Positions 40,696-54,505 of a stretch of 64,000 nucleotides of DNA are shown in pieces (positions within the stretch are counted from its first letter, which is position 1; each line of letters opens with the position of its first letter). A model generated the notes under the pieces. It was not told where the DNA came from and did not search any database. It saw nothing but the letters and a program-made list of their open reading frames with translations. Made by a program: the position numbers and the translations under genes. Source of the DNA: Spironucleus salmonicida (lineage: Eukaryota); the NCBI RefSeq assembly GCF_000497125.1, contig NC_090600.1:806001-870000 (forward strand). The letters are read 5' to 3'.

Positions 40696-41010
40696 TTCAT
40701 ATTTTGTCCACATCATTAGCTTAGGTATCACTAGTATTACTTTTAACGTTACATCGTTAGTTATTTAATTTATTTTTATGGTACTGGAAATCGTGTACAA
40801 AAATAATTAAATCAGGACAATAACCAAAATCTATCAAATCTCCTCGCCTCATTACAACCAAATACACCTTAATTCATAACTACTCCGAAAATTTATCAGT
40901 TCCAGCTTTTCTATAGTGCTAATTATTATACAATATAACAGATAATCTACCGTATAATGACCAAACTCTACCCGCAAACTTCTCATCATGCACTAAATAA
41001 AATAAGCTCC

Positions 41011-44000
41011 TCACTTTTTCAGCACACCGCTCGCGGCCAATAACTGCATAATGCCGTCCTGGCGCGCGTTGGACTTTCCACTGCCAACCCGCTGGCTTCC
41101 GCCGCTCATCGGGCGCTGCCTGAAGCCACTTTTCGTAGCCAGCTGGCTGATCTCCAAATCATCAACCTTGGAGCTTACCGGGCGCCCAAATGCGCGCTTT
41201 ACGGGCGAGTTGAACTTCATGCTTACCGATGAATTCTGGAAGTGCACGATCTAGCTCGCCTTCTGCAGCTTGCTCTACGTGAGCTGGCTGCGCGCCTCTT
41301 TCACGGAGAAGAGCCCACGCTCTGGAGACGGGAAGTTCTCGATGAAGAGCGAGAGGCTGCGCAGCACGCGCTCAGTTGTGCGCTTTCGCTCCTGTAAAAT
41401 CAGATCGCGCTTGCGGTTGAAGCGCACTTCGAGCTCGCGCGCACGCAAAATCAGACGATCGAACACGCCCTGCGTCTCTATTTTCGTGATCTTCGACTTG
41501 TGCGCGGAGAGCACGCGGTGATGCGGGTCATACTTCGGCTGCGCATAATTCGGTGCCGACGTGATGCGATTCACGCCAGGGATGACCTCCGCGTCCTCGA
41601 AGACAAACGTTGGGTACCCGACCGCATTTTGCAGCAAATTCGACTCCAAATTGATCGCGCCGATGGGGGTGATTTTCTGGCAGTGCGGGCAGTTGTAAGT
41701 GAGCATATTGCGCGAATCCGCACCGTTCTGCTTATATCCGTTATTTCCATTCCCCAAATCCCTCAAAGTCTCGCCGTCGCCGGGGCTCAAAACGATGTCA
41801 CGCGCCATTTGCGCCGCGTGCATATCTCCATTTCTTGCGATTCCGGACCCCGGGCGGCTGTTTCCGTTCCTATTTTCCGTTCCTTTTCCTTTTACCTCCC
41901 AATCATCCTCGCCAAAATACTCGATTTCGTCCTCATTTTCGGCCTCCGCAAACACGCCAATGGCCCCAATTTTACCAGATTTGAGGCAGCCGTGGCATGC
42001 GATTTCAGGCCGCGAAGTGCGCTAATTGCAGTCCCCGCAGGCGCCGCTGACGTTCAAAGCCGCAACATTTCCATCTGATCCAACGATTTCAATGCGTGAA
42101 ATTCGGCCCGATTTGTTGCATTCTGGGCAGGCATAGAGGCTCGAATTCGGCCGCTGGCCGTCGCCGCTGAACTGCAGGTCGTCGTTTGTGGTTCGCGTCG
42201 TCTGGCTGTTGTTCAAATGCTCAGATTTGCCGCCCGGGCGCCGCTAGAAACCGTCGTCAAGGAGCGCGATTCCGGAGCTGGGGCGCTGCGAGAAATGATC
42301 GGTTTAATTTACTTAGTCTATTATATGTTAATTAGTATTTAAATTTTCCCTTCCACTTTAATTACTTTACTTTATTATATTCCCATTAATGTTTTAATTT
42401 TACCTTCCACTACCGTAGTCACCATTACACCCACTATTATATGACCTTTGCAACTAATTAGCTCCGCCCAATTACGCTGATCCTGGCCGCGACCCGAAAT
42501 TCTGCGAACCGCCCAAAATCGAATTCCGGCCGCTTCTCGAGCTGCTACAACGCTCACACTCGTACATGACCGATTTATCGACCAAAATGGCCATTCCTAC
42601 CGGCCCATCGTCCAAACTCGCGCAAATCGACGTATTGATGCCGATCTCGCAGTTCGCGCCCATCTGAAGCCGCTCCGTTTGTTGCACTGAGGGATGCAAC
42701 AGAACCGAATTTACGGCCCCAGGCGTCGGTTTCCGGTCCATTTCAGACCGTTTTTCGTACTAACCAGCCAAGTTATCAAAATCAAAATCTTCGGTTTTCG
42801 CGGATTCCGCGTCCGGGCAGAACTGCAAGCACCAGTTTTTGAGCAAACTGAGGCTCTTGGCGAGCGGTTTCAGCTGCTCTGGGGCGATTTTCTGCTTCTT
42901 CATGTCGCTCCTGAGCTGCTCGTAAGGGCTGTGGCGCTTGTCTTGAAACTGCGCAAAACGCGTTATTCCACCCTTTTCCAAATCAAATAAGGAGTGAAAA
43001 ATCGAATTTGAAGTCGCTTTTAACGCTTCATATTCGGATTTTCCCAATCTTAAGAGATTTTGCAAATCTTTTATGTCCTGCGAAACGCTCGATTCGAACG
43101 TCTAGGCGTCATTTTCGCTCCCTTTGGCGCCGTTTTCGGCCGCTTTGAGCGCGTCAAACGCCTCCTAAACGTACGCTTTCTGCCGTTCCGCTTCCTCCAA
43201 ATTCCCTTCCAATCGACGAATTTCGGACCGCAAAAAATCGATTTCCTTCAAAAATTCGGGCGAATTTCGCTCCTTTTGATCCTTTTGGCCCTTTTGGGCG
43301 TTTTCCAGCTCCTTCCGCTGCCGCTCCAAATCGTCTTTTGAGAGCGTCTGGAGCGCCTTCAGACGCGAAATTAGCGCCTCCAAATCCGCGATTTTGGCGT
43401 CCCGCTCCTCCAGAAGGTCCTCGTAGCGGCCCACTGCGCTCTTGAGCTTCTGCTGCAAGTCCGCCAGCTGCGTCTGGAGCGACAAAATGAGATGCTCGTA
43501 TTCTGAGCTGTTTCCCTGCATTTCGGACTCAAAGCGCGAATTCAGGCGCTCCAGCTCGCTTTCCAGCTGTTGTATGCGTTCTCTGAGCGCCTGGTTGTCT
43601 TTCTGGGCGTTTTGGGTTTGCTGGAGCATCTGCTGCAGCTCGGATCTGTTCTTTTCCTCGAGTTTCTTCTGTAGGTTGGCGTTCTTGCTCAGGATTTCGG
43701 CCACGATGTCGTCGTGCTCTTTTTTGGAGAACGTATCTTTCGTTTCCTGCTTCTGCTGGAAACCGTCGTAATCTGGCTTGTAGATCGTGCCGATCCGCTT
43801 GGACTGGAAGAGCATCTCGCGCAGGGCTAGGATTTCGCTCTGGAGCTTCTTCTGGATAGTGTCTTTTTGGAGCTAGATGTCTTTAATGATTTGCTCCTGC
43901 TCGACGAGTTTCCGCTTCTGGAGCTCCGCTGTGAAGTCGATTTCCTTATATTTTTTCATTATTTTGCCGTTTTCGCCTTTCCAGGAGAGCTCGGTATTCT

Positions 44001-44277
44001 GGACCAGCGTGATGATTATTGGCTCCAGTTCTTTCAGTATTTGGCACTGAAGTGATGCAAATAGCTCCTAAAAATCAGTTTTAAAGACCGGTAGCACCGA
44101 CCGGGATACCGTGTGGTCAGACTACGCGTTGCACCCTAATCTGGGCTCAAAAAGCACAAAAAATGGGTGTGAATTAACTATGGTGTGTAGGTCTTAATTT
44201 GCTAGCTGTATTTTAGACTATATTGATTGCGATAGCAAAGATAGTGTAGTAGACTGGTGCTAGATGACATCGTCCAT
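41011..44277 (-). CDS. large coiled-coil protein, 1088 aa, with RPSS/RPGS motifs and CxxC pairs
   Basis: Six track ORFs in one frame joined through TAA/TAG; ends AAG TGA. Confidence 0.8.
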
Positions 44278-44479
44278 GAATTCTGTGTATTGTTTGAATA
44301 AGGATGTCTATATATAATAATAGTATAAAATCTTAAAAAGTGAAGATATTCATAATTTGTTTGCGGTAATTCTAGATTTACAAATAAAATTGCGGTAAGT
44401 TTTAACTAAAAATATTGATATTTAATTACAGTATAATAATAATTATTAAAATTATTAAGTCAAGATTTAATGTGAAAAA

Positions 44480-44887
44480 TCACTACGTTTTCTATAAAGA
44501 GTTTAGTAGCGCTAGAATCTCATCAAAATTTTCGTATAAAGGCCTTTCATCGATTGTATCATGTTCTTGTATAACCTTTGCATGAAAGCTATTTTCGATA
44601 GTGAAACTCTTAGAGAAATTCATAGAATTGTTACTAATGGAAGCTAGAGAGGCCAAGGAATCATTATTCAACTAGGTATCAAAATGCAATTCATCATCTA
44701 GCAGCATTTCTGGTCTTCTTTGCTTGATATTATTAAACTACCTTTTAAGCTGATTTATTGACCTAGTAGAAATTCTCTATTAGATAATACTCCACTATAT
44801 TCTATTCTATGTATCTTTACAAGTAGATGTTAGCTTCACTAAGTTGCACATTTCTTTATTTGTCCATTTTTAACCTTGAGAAGACAT
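44480..44887 (-). CDS. Myb/SANT-like DNA-binding protein, 135 aa
   Basis: QKWTNKEMCNLVKL..IQWSIIQQRISTRSINQLKRQF. Confidence 0.8.
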
Positions 44888-45243
44888 TTACTGTAAATGA
44901 GAAATAATAGATCCTTCAAATATATATTTTATATCATTTATTTTTATCGTAAATATAATTTACATATAAAGAATTGCTGTAATTCAATATAGTAAAAGAT
45001 CCATAATGTTATTATACGGGATCAGATTAAAAATAATAGTATCCTGCAGTATCGAGTTTATTATTTAATAAGTTGAATAGGTTGGTAGTTTAGTAAATTT
45101 AGAGAGTTATAATAACACATATCTAGTTATATTACTTACTAATGAAGTTTCTGCTTATTTACCAATACTATTAAATAGTCATATTTAAACATAATCAAGT
45201 TCTTAAATTTCAGGTGAGTTTCCAACCCATACAAACAAATATC

Positions 45244-46188
45244 TCACCATTTACCCATAGCTCCTGGGTTGAGCATATTGCCGATCTCGGCCCTACCATC
45301 AAAATCCACACTACACTCGAATACTATGTATTCCCTAACTCCATTTTAGCCCATTTTTACTATAGCGGCCAAATTTTGCTTATTGGTATATCTGGGAGCG
45401 CTCCATACCGTGCTTAGCAGGTCGTTGAAATAGATCATGTAGCCGTCATTCTGCATCTGGTGGGACCGAAATATATGCTGAAGGTCATTTTCGTAACAGA
45501 ACTTTTTTGCTACCAGCGCCCCAAATCCACATCCAGCACCCCGTGAGCTTTTCTCGAAGGTCGATATATCGATCGATGGGTCCGACCATAGAAGGTCGTT
45601 GATGATGCACTACTAGGACTCGGGAAATTCTGAAAACCGTGGAATCGCGTTGATCTGTGACATACTGAACAACGATGGTGACAACCCCGCGTGCACTGCA
45701 AATGTCGTGTAGTCGCCTGACTTTATAGCCGCCGCGAGTGGCATTGTTTCGAAGCAATCGATCATGGCCCGCCAAATTTCCCTTGGAAAGTCTGATATTT
45801 TAGCTGTGATCTCAGTCGAAAAGCCGTAGTTGGAGCATATTTTTGCGTCCTCGTGGTTACCGCGGATCATATGAAATGAGCGCGGGTGCATGCATTTGAG
45901 GGCCAAAAGGAGCGAAATTGTCTCAATCGAATGCTGGCCCCGATCGACGTAGTCACCCAGTAGCAAATAACGAGTAGTAGGGGGAGGACCCGCGATGGTG
46001 AATATTTCCAGCAAATCGAACAGCTGGCCGTGCAAGTCCCCTACTATGGTCACTGGGGAGTCAATTTGCAGAAGATTAGGTTCTGCTGCAAAGAGTTCGG
46101 TTGCTTTTTGGACTGTTTGTAGGATTAGTGAAGTGGGAGGAAAGATATTGGCATGGATAAGCTCGATTAGCTGAGCTGGACCGTCCAT
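45244..46188 (-). CDS. Ser/Thr protein phosphatase (PPP family, PP2A/PP4/PP6-like), 314 aa
   Basis: GDLHGQ, GDYVDRG, RGNHE, DLLWSDP, RSHQ, TVWSAP. Confidence 0.93.
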
Positions 46189-46910
46189 TTGGTATTTTAT
46201 GGAGTGGATAATATTTATATATATTATATATTTAAAATGATTTTATGGTAAACTTCAAATGACACAGTAATTTACTTACTAGTGAGACGTCTAGCAAAAG
46301 TTATATTTATTGAGATTTCTGTTTATAATTAATAATTTTTCAGTTGTAATACTTATATTATATAGAAACTTTGATTTTAATTGAAAATATATCATTATCT
46401 TAACAGTAGCTGATCGAATCTATTTACTGTTATTTTTCTGATTCCTAGAAATTGGATATCATCTGTTCTGGTTTATTAGAACTTATGATTTTATATATAG
46501 TTTATTCTGTAGATATGTGTTATGCTACGACAGTCAATTCAATAAAAATAAAGGAATAGGTTATGAAGTTCATACAATGATTTTTATGATTTTTGATTAT
46601 TTGAAGTGTATAGTTTAGTAGTAGGCCAAGAAATATTTTTTGACAAATTTATCTAAATACTATTATTTTACTAATTATTTATATAAACACGTTAAATTTA
46701 ATATGATAATCAGTTAGTGAAATATTTCTTTAATTCCACTTATGGTTAGTAGTATCCACTAAGGATATTTTACTTATAAATTGTTATTCAGATTCTGTTT
46801 TTTAATAACTTAATATAATTAGATTATATTTATATATAATTTAGATTTAAATTAATATTATTATTTCGTATTGACAATTATCCTAATTGACTTAATTTTA
46901 CTTTATTAAA

Positions 46911-47114
46911 ATGGGAGGGTGTATAGATTACGTTCAAAATAAGGATGAAAAGCTTTAGAATATATCTGACTTGAGTAATGGTATTCCGTTAGATGATGAT
47001 GAGTTATCCTAGGATGCAATTAAATTTGCATACAATGATTAAACACAAACTCCAATTTGTTATAGCATTATGGAGGCCAGTCAATCTAGCTATGGATATT
47101 TATTTACAGAGTGA
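46911..47114 (+). CDS. small protein with MGGC N-terminus (putative dual acylation), 67 aa
   Basis: MGGCIDYVQNKDEK...LFTE*; ends AGTGA. Confidence 0.65.
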
Positions 47115-47319
47115 TATAGATTAGCTGGTTATAAATTATTAGTATTTTAATCTTTTTTTTATAGTCAAGCACCTTCAAATTCTATTTTTCATATAATACA
47201 ATTATAAATAAATTATTATGTTTTATACTTATAAAAATTTAAAACAAACAAAATGTTTCTAAAAGTGATTGCTTTTTATATATGATATATACGTATTAGT
47301 ATAAAAAATAGATTCGATA

Positions 47320-47553
47320 ATGCATAAACATGAGAAGGATCATAATAATGCGTAATTACATCATAATTGTGAGCCAGCATTATAGCAAGACATTTAAATA
47401 GCCTAAGTTGCTACGTAGTTTGATTAAGCTGAATAAGTATAAGTTACTCATTAACATCATATAAAAGAGTGGATAGAAGATCATATGCATCATGAAAATC
47501 ACTAAATAAAAATGAAGGATTCTAATTGTGATCATTTTGAGAAACATCAATGA
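47320..47553 (+). CDS. small His-rich protein, 77 aa
   Basis: MHKHEKDHNNAQLHHNC...HQHHIKEWIEDHMHHENH..DHFEKHQ*. Confidence 0.6.
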
Positions 47554-47861
47554 TTTTTTTAATGATTACTTCAGAACTTATTTTGAAATAACTGATGCTA
47601 AATATTATTTATTTATATTAATAAAGATTATATGAAGAAATCACCAAATTTTGATATTATTTTATACACCTTAAATTATGCCAACTAATGATTTTATGAA
47701 ATATAAAAATGATTTCGTATACCTATTTATCATTATATTTCTATAATAAATTTGATAAAATTATTAATTCCTATTTGACTATAAATTTAAATATCAAAGA
47801 TTTTCAAAGTACCTAACTTATTGCGTATTAATGTATTATAAATAATGAATCTATATACCAA

Positions 47862-48068
47862 TCAATCTGAAATTTAAGTTAGATCTGAATTTTCACTTAT
47901 AAGATTATGAAACGAAAATGTTTAATTAGGAATAGCGATGATCTTGTCATCTCCTATCAACTATTCTAGCGTTAGAATTCTTCTAAGTGAAGGAGGAAGT
48001 ATCGCGGGCTATTAATAACTATAACAGCGTATGATTGATGTTTTAGATTTTCTAACTATCTGCTTCAT
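47862..48068 (-). CDS. small hypothetical protein, 68 aa
   Basis: MKQIVRKSKTSIIRC...QISD*. Confidence 0.4.
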
Positions 48069-48452
48069 TTCAAAGGTCCTAAAATAATTTTTCAATTTAG
48101 TTTAAATACGAATAACTATATAAAATAGTTTCTTTTTCTAATTTCTTAACATCCCTTTATATGGCAAATAAGATAAGTTTCCTTTCCCAAAACTCCTCCA
48201 GGCAAAACTGCATAGTTGCCCCAATTAGTACTTAATACAGAAACTTATCAAACGTTCATACTCAAAAAAGTAAAATTAGAATTTAAACCCCGCTTACACA
48301 TATCTATTAGCACAATATCCATCAAATACGCACAATAACCACAGCCCCCTAAGCCCTGCAGCGCCATTAACTATTCCTACCTCAACTAAAATGCGTAATT
48401 CTCTCACACCCAATTTTTTCAGCACCCTACAACCCCAACCCCAACCCCACGC

Positions 48453-50912
48453 TCACTCCATGTACTCTCCCCGGTTGCAGCCCGCCTTCCAGCTCGCCAC
48501 ATCGTCCGCACCGCCCAGCGCCGCGCGCTCCCAGGGCAGCTCAACAAGTTCAGCAAGCGCCTCCGGCGCGCTCCCGAGCACGCAGCGCGCCGCGAGCGCG
48601 ATATTGGGCCTGGCGTCGCGCTCGTAGCCGCGAATCGCATCCGCGTCGCCGAGCACGAACGCGCACAGCAGCGCCATTTCGTCGTCCCCGGCGACGCGGT
48701 ACAGCGCCAGCGCGTCACGAACGCGACCGCTGCGCAGCAGGAGCTCCGCGCCGGCGAGCACCACGGGCGCGCTCCCGAGGCCCTCCGCAACCCCCAAAAT
48801 CTGCTCGTAGAACGCGTAGCGCACCGCCAGCTGCGCCAGAACCTCGTTATCGTCGCTGAGCGACATGATATAACGACTTTTTCCGCTCCTTTTCAGGAAT
48901 TCTGCGCAGATGAAAACCCTTCCCAAATCGGCCCCAAACGCCTCGCAGCAGTACGCAGCGGCGTCCTCAGCGCCCTAATCGCCAGCAGCGCACCGGAGCC
49001 GGAATTCCACAATCGCCGAATCGAGCGGAATTTCCATCAATTCAAATTGATTTCCGATTTTCGCTCCCGCGACGCACAAAACGCCGCGCGGCCGCACCTC
49101 CAAAATCTCCAAAAGCTCCAAATTTTCGCTCCGCGGAAGCTCCAAAAACAGCTCATCGCCCTCTAAAATCTCCTCCAAAAAGCCTTAAAAGACGCCGTTT
49201 TGGCTCTGGAAAACGACCGTTTTTGCCCCAAAAAGCACTTTTTGGGCGGCCGGAATTTCGCTAAAAATCGAAATTTCGAGCGCTCGCGGGTCCAGGCGCG
49301 CCAGGAACGTCGTTTCTGCCGTCAGGATCGCGCAGAACTCGCCGGACGGCGCGCACTGGAGCGATTTTACGGCCAGCTCGAACTATGCGATAAAGGCGCC
49401 CGCGAACGTGAAAATCGCGAGAAACTGAGCGTTCGCCACGAAAACGTACGGCCCAGAAAACAGCATTGTGGGCACAAAATCCACTTAAATGGTGCAAATC
49501 GTTTCCGTAGAATTTTTTACAGTAATCTTATTATTATATAATATAACATAATATTGCTCCGCTCCAAAGGAAGGGAAAACGAAATCGTCGAGTTTTTGAA
49601 CGAAATTCGCAGCGTCGAAATCGCGCGCGAACGCGATCTGGCTGCAGCTTTCTTCCAGCTTCATTTTGCCGGTTTGCGCCGAGCAAATTACCGCTTTTCC
49701 GCTTCTAATTCCGCAGAATAATTTGCCGTTTCCGAGCATTTTCACGCTCCGAAAAGGCTCCGTTTCGAACGTTTTTGCCTCATTTTTTGAATTCAAAATT
49801 GAAATTCCACTCCCTTCTTAAACCGAAAATTTTCCGCTCTCAAATTTGCCCAAAAACGCGAATTTTCCCTCAAAAAAGTCGAAAACGGGCCGCGATTCGC
49901 CGATTTTCGCGAAAACGGCCCCCTGGTCGAATCCGATGGCGATAACGGTCGCTGCGCCGATTTAAATTGCTGAAACGCACCAGGCGCGTTCTAGCGCGTA
50001 CTGCAGCACCATAGCACGCTCCAGGCGCGCCATGTCGAAAATTTGGACCGAAAAATCCTCTGACGTCGCTAGCAGCCTCTGCTGCGCGCGGCAGTAGGCG
50101 ATTTGCGTTACTGGGCCGCTGAATGGCCCGAAAATAGCTATTTGCTGTTTGTTGAATGAGTCGAATACGAGCACCTCGCCATTGTCCGTTGCGGCCGCCA
50201 GGAATGCCAGCGGTGTTTCAGCGCCCGAAATCGTCGGGCAGTTCGTCCAGCAAAGCGCGTTTAAGCATACGCCGCAGGAGATCGTAAAGAGCGGTGTGAG
50301 CTGTCTGCAGGGGCGATTTTGGGCTGACGAGCGGCCTAGCAGCCCTTTTGCGAGCTTGTGCGCGATGTCGATTACGTTATCTGAGTGGTGTGTAGGGTTG
50401 CATTCGTCGTTTTTGGGGTCAATTTCGATATTTGTGGCGTCGAAAACACGAATTTCGCCTCCCTGGCCGCAGGTTGCGAGGCGGCCGTTCGCGAGCGCGA
50501 GGCCCAGCAGGAAGCCGCTGGAGGCGCGCGCTTCGGCGATCAGCTCGATCGCAGCGGTGAATCGGAAAACTCGCAGGAATCCGTCGTCTGTGGCGGTGAA
50601 AATGTGCGGGGCGGAGTAGATTATAGACCGGATATAGTCCGTCGAGATCTGAAGCTCCTGCAGCGTGGAGAGCGACGAGTCGGACAGGACGCGCAAGATT
50701 CCGTCGTCTGATCCTGTGAAAATGTACGGGGCAGCGTAGAAAACGGTTCTGATGGGCGTGGGCGAAATTTCGCGTTTTAGCGTTACTTGCTGCGTTTTGA
50801 GGTCAAATAGCTGCACTTCGCCTGTGTACTAGCCGATTACGGCCTTCATGGCGTTTTCGGAGAAGGAAATCGCTTTTACGCGAGAGGAACGCAGCGTAGA
50901 GGTTGTCTGCAT
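48453..50912 (-). CDS. COPB2: coatomer beta' subunit (WD40), 819 aa
   Basis: RSSRVKAISF..GSDDG..DYIRSI..SEDFSV..YALERAWCVS..IAIGFDQG. Confidence 0.85.
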
Positions 50913-51197
50913 GTGATTGGGAGTGGGAAAATAATAATGGTATTATTATAATAAAATATTGTTAGTAACAATAAATAATCATTCGAAACTAGCTTTCTGG
51001 ATTTTGGGGTATTGTGCCGAGGTGGTGGTTTGAAGGGTACAGATATGGTAATTAGGGGTGGGGTTCGGAGCTTGAGGTTGAAAAATGTTCGTTTGGAGGT
51101 GCGGGTGGATTCTTATGGTTGTTGTGTGAATTTCGCGTGGTAGCTGCTTCAGGTGTGGACAATTGGGGCAATGTCTTGCGAGCGGAAAGCCCTCCGT

Positions 51198-52513
51198 TAG
51201 TGCGCAGAGCACGCCCCGCGCGCGGCCGAGGCACATTTTGACCGTTCCAAATTCCGAATGCGCTCCATCCGCAAGACGCTGGCCCGAAAGCAGAGGCAGA
51301 TCACCGACAACGAGTACGGGGCGCCGAAGCTCCTGCCGATCGCGGAGGACCTGCCCCACCTAGAGTCGCTGGGCACGGTCTGCCTCGACCGGGACGACAA
51401 CGGGGACGGGACGCTGCTGCTGGGGAACAGGGACATCTCGAGCCAGAGCATGATGCAGGGGCCGTAGTGAGACATTCGTTCACTAGAATCCCGCCGCACC
51501 GGGCTGCACCTGCCCGTCTGAGAACTGCCTAGGCAGGGGAGCGCGCAGCGAGGGCAGCCTGGCGGACTAGCCGAGAGTCTCCACGGTATGGAGCGCACCC
51601 AGCTGTGGCGGGAGCTGGAAGCCGCCCCGGAGCAGCATGGAGGCCGCGTTGCGCCGGATCCGCTGCCGGTGCGGGGACTGGCTGACCATAGGACTGGGCT
51701 TCTGGGGGCTCCGCGGCGGTACCTGAATGTAGTCGAGGTTGCACCCGGCGGGGGTGAAGGTGAAGAAGTTGAGCGGGGACGTCATTCTGCCGCCGCGGGA
51801 ACCACTGCTCGCGGTCCTGGCCGCAACCCAGAGAAACCGAAAATCCCGTTTCTCCAAAACCGCGAATAGTGACAAATACCTCACTGCGTGGTATCCAGCC
51901 CGCCAGGCTTAGAGTGGTCCGAGGAGTCCGTGGTAACCTCGAGGTTGGACTTGATCACCTGCGTCTTGGCGTAGGAGCTGTTCACGAGGCTCTCCAGCAG
52001 GCTCGTGTTGCGGTTGGCGCCAATCTTGCTCAGCTGCAGGAAGTTCACGGACTGGTTGGAGAGGAAGTTCCCCGTGTCGAACGGCTCCTCCACAGGTTCC
52101 TTCGTCTTGTTCACCGGGGTGCGTGGTGCGCTGGGCAGGTCTTCGCCGCGCTCGGACTCCTCGGCAAACCGGCCCCCGTGGCGCTCGAGGGCAAAGCGAT
52201 GGACGAGGCCGCCAATGGCGAGCAGCAGGATCGTCAGGGTCTGCACAGTGAACACGCAGTTGAAATTATAAGTGGGGTCAGCGCAGTAGATCCAGATGAA
52301 CGAGGCGATGATTGCAAGCGAGCGCACGGTGCCGCTGAAGATCGCGAAGGACCCCCCGCGGCACACGGCGTGGTGCGCCTGCACGAACGCGTACAGCGGC
52401 ATCACCATTCCGCGCAGCGCCCCGTTACGTGTGTAGCTCAGCAGCCCTGTGTAGTGGTTGTTCAGCATCGCAGTGGGCAGCCGCGAGCCCACAGATAGCG
52501 TAATAAATTTATA
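51198..52513. repeat. inverted segmental duplication IR3, left arm (1316 bp)
   Basis: Reverse complement of 56868-58207 (sum 109381 outside a 24-bp indel near the outer end). Confidence 0.96.
51258..51470 (+). CDS. small hypothetical protein, 70 aa (inside IR3)
   Basis: MRSIRKTLARK...MQGPQ*; high GC3; ends TAG TGA. Confidence 0.5.
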
Positions 52514-53476
52514 CCAGCTTAAGAATATTATAATAGATGTAACTAGACCAATTAAACCGTACATCCATACATTACGATAAATGTTAGACATTCCACTTTT
52601 ATGGATAATAGATAACCTCGTACTTTAAACGTATACATCGTATAACTATCCACTGAAAATACAGCTAAGTCTCATACAATAATAATATAAACAAATGCTC
52701 AAAAGCACTACTTCCTCTCGGTTTACTTTTAATGCAATTACTATAACCAACTCTTCTGCTGCATCAAATGCTAAGAACTTTAAGAATGATAGAAGGCACT
52801 GTAATTATAGAGCTGGCCGGAATGGTTTCAATATAGAGAATTACATATAAAGATAACGCTGATCTCTGAGGATAATTGGTATAAAAATCATTCCCGGTAA
52901 GGTATATGAAACTATAAGAGTGATATTCTATGATACACTAAAAAAAGATAATACACAATATAATACTATGCTAAGTGTTGGACTTATTAGGGCTGCTATT
53001 ATTTACGACATATTCCATCGCTCTGCCTTTCCTACCTCAAACAAATGAGATATAGCTGCCTGTGAAAAAGGTGCTAAACTAAATAATATTAGATTGTTAA
53101 ATCTAGAATACGCTCCAAATCCTATAAAAAATAGTATTGAAATCAACAGATAGTGAATAATGGAGTAGTTAAAAACAACCCTACCAGCGTTAATTTATGC
53201 AGTTCCTAGTATTGGAGAAATAATTTCAAATGCAACTTTTCCTACGAGTTATGGAACTATTAATATAATTTCATAGTTTGTGATCAGGTTAAACGTATTA
53301 ATAGCATTGCTTTCGTCAAATTGTAAACAAAAAATAAAAATAAAAAATGCTCTGAAAATAACTAAAAAATGATACATAGGAGATGCGAATTAGTATTATT
53401 ATACTCTATCTTTTAGTTCATATACTAAAACATCAGTTGAAGTAGATGATTCTACTGAACGAGAATACTGTGTCAT
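51881..53476 (-). CDS. multi-pass membrane transporter, MATE-like, 531 aa
   Basis: Code-6 ORF from MTQYSRS with many hydrophobic segments; continues into track ORF 51881-52591. Family assignment tentative. Confidence 0.7.
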
Positions 53477-53812
53477 TTTAAAATAGTAAATAAAATTATA
53501 TATAATTCATATTTTTCAAAATTTAACTGTAAATCAGTTAAGTTGTTTGTTACTTTATGACTTGATTAATCTGCCAAAAATTATTTGGAATCTACATTTA
53601 AACTAATGTACTAGTAATAATATTATCATTCAAAATTAATTAACAATTATAAATAATTCTTTTTAATTGACTATATTGAAATGTACTAATTACTTATTAA
53701 ACACACCGGATTACATAAATTTAAAGACATTTTTAATAAATGAAAAAAAGATTTAGTATGAATAATTAAAATAACAGATATAATATTGAACTAGTAAAAA
53801 TAAATTGGTCAT

Positions 53813-54505
53813 TCAAGATTTAATGGCCTCAAACGTTTTTGATGGTTACTATTATTAATTAAAAACAGTGTCATACTCTAATTGCTTAACTAATTTCAAT
53901 GAGCAAATAAACTAATCTCCTGATAATTATTAATTCTTTTATATTATATTAAGTTAGGCTGCAAAATCAAATAACATTAGTTATACTATTTCCCGATAAT
54001 GTCTCAGACTATCCTAAGTTTTTTCAACCTTTTGAGCCTGATTAATAATTTATAAAGTTAATTATTATAATAATTGGTATCTATTCTTTTTACTACGCTC
54101 CAATTTAGCTTATTACTCTAATTTATCCAAAACAATATTTTACTAATGCAGGATTTTACTTAGCTTAGCTAGCTACTTTTCTTTTTATTAAATCTATTTT
54201 GATATTAATTTGATATCAACCATTTGCTTTTTGATATTGGTGGTAAAAATTAAATATGCATTATTAAAAGTTTTATTTGCATATTTTGTCTATTCATAAG
54301 TAAATTTACAGTACTATTAAAATAAATTTTAAATTGATGATTAAACGTTTATTCTGCGTGCTTTATTAAATTGCAACAACATTTATCTAGTAAACTACTT
54401 ATATTTTATAGATTAGCTACAAGACATTTTTGCTACTTGATATAATTATTGCTAAACTTTGTATCTTTGTATCACTTAAATCTTAATTGGTGTAAGATCA
54501 ATCAT
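53813..54505 (-). CDS. hypothetical coiled-coil protein, 230 aa
   Basis: MIDLTPIKIQ...EAIKS*; Q/K/E-rich. Confidence 0.6.

Noticed and set aside
51588-51872. ORF MERTQLWRE... ending TAG TGA (and its IR3 copy)
   Set aside because: Only the AGTGA ending supports it; competing open frames exist on both strands in GC-rich DNA.
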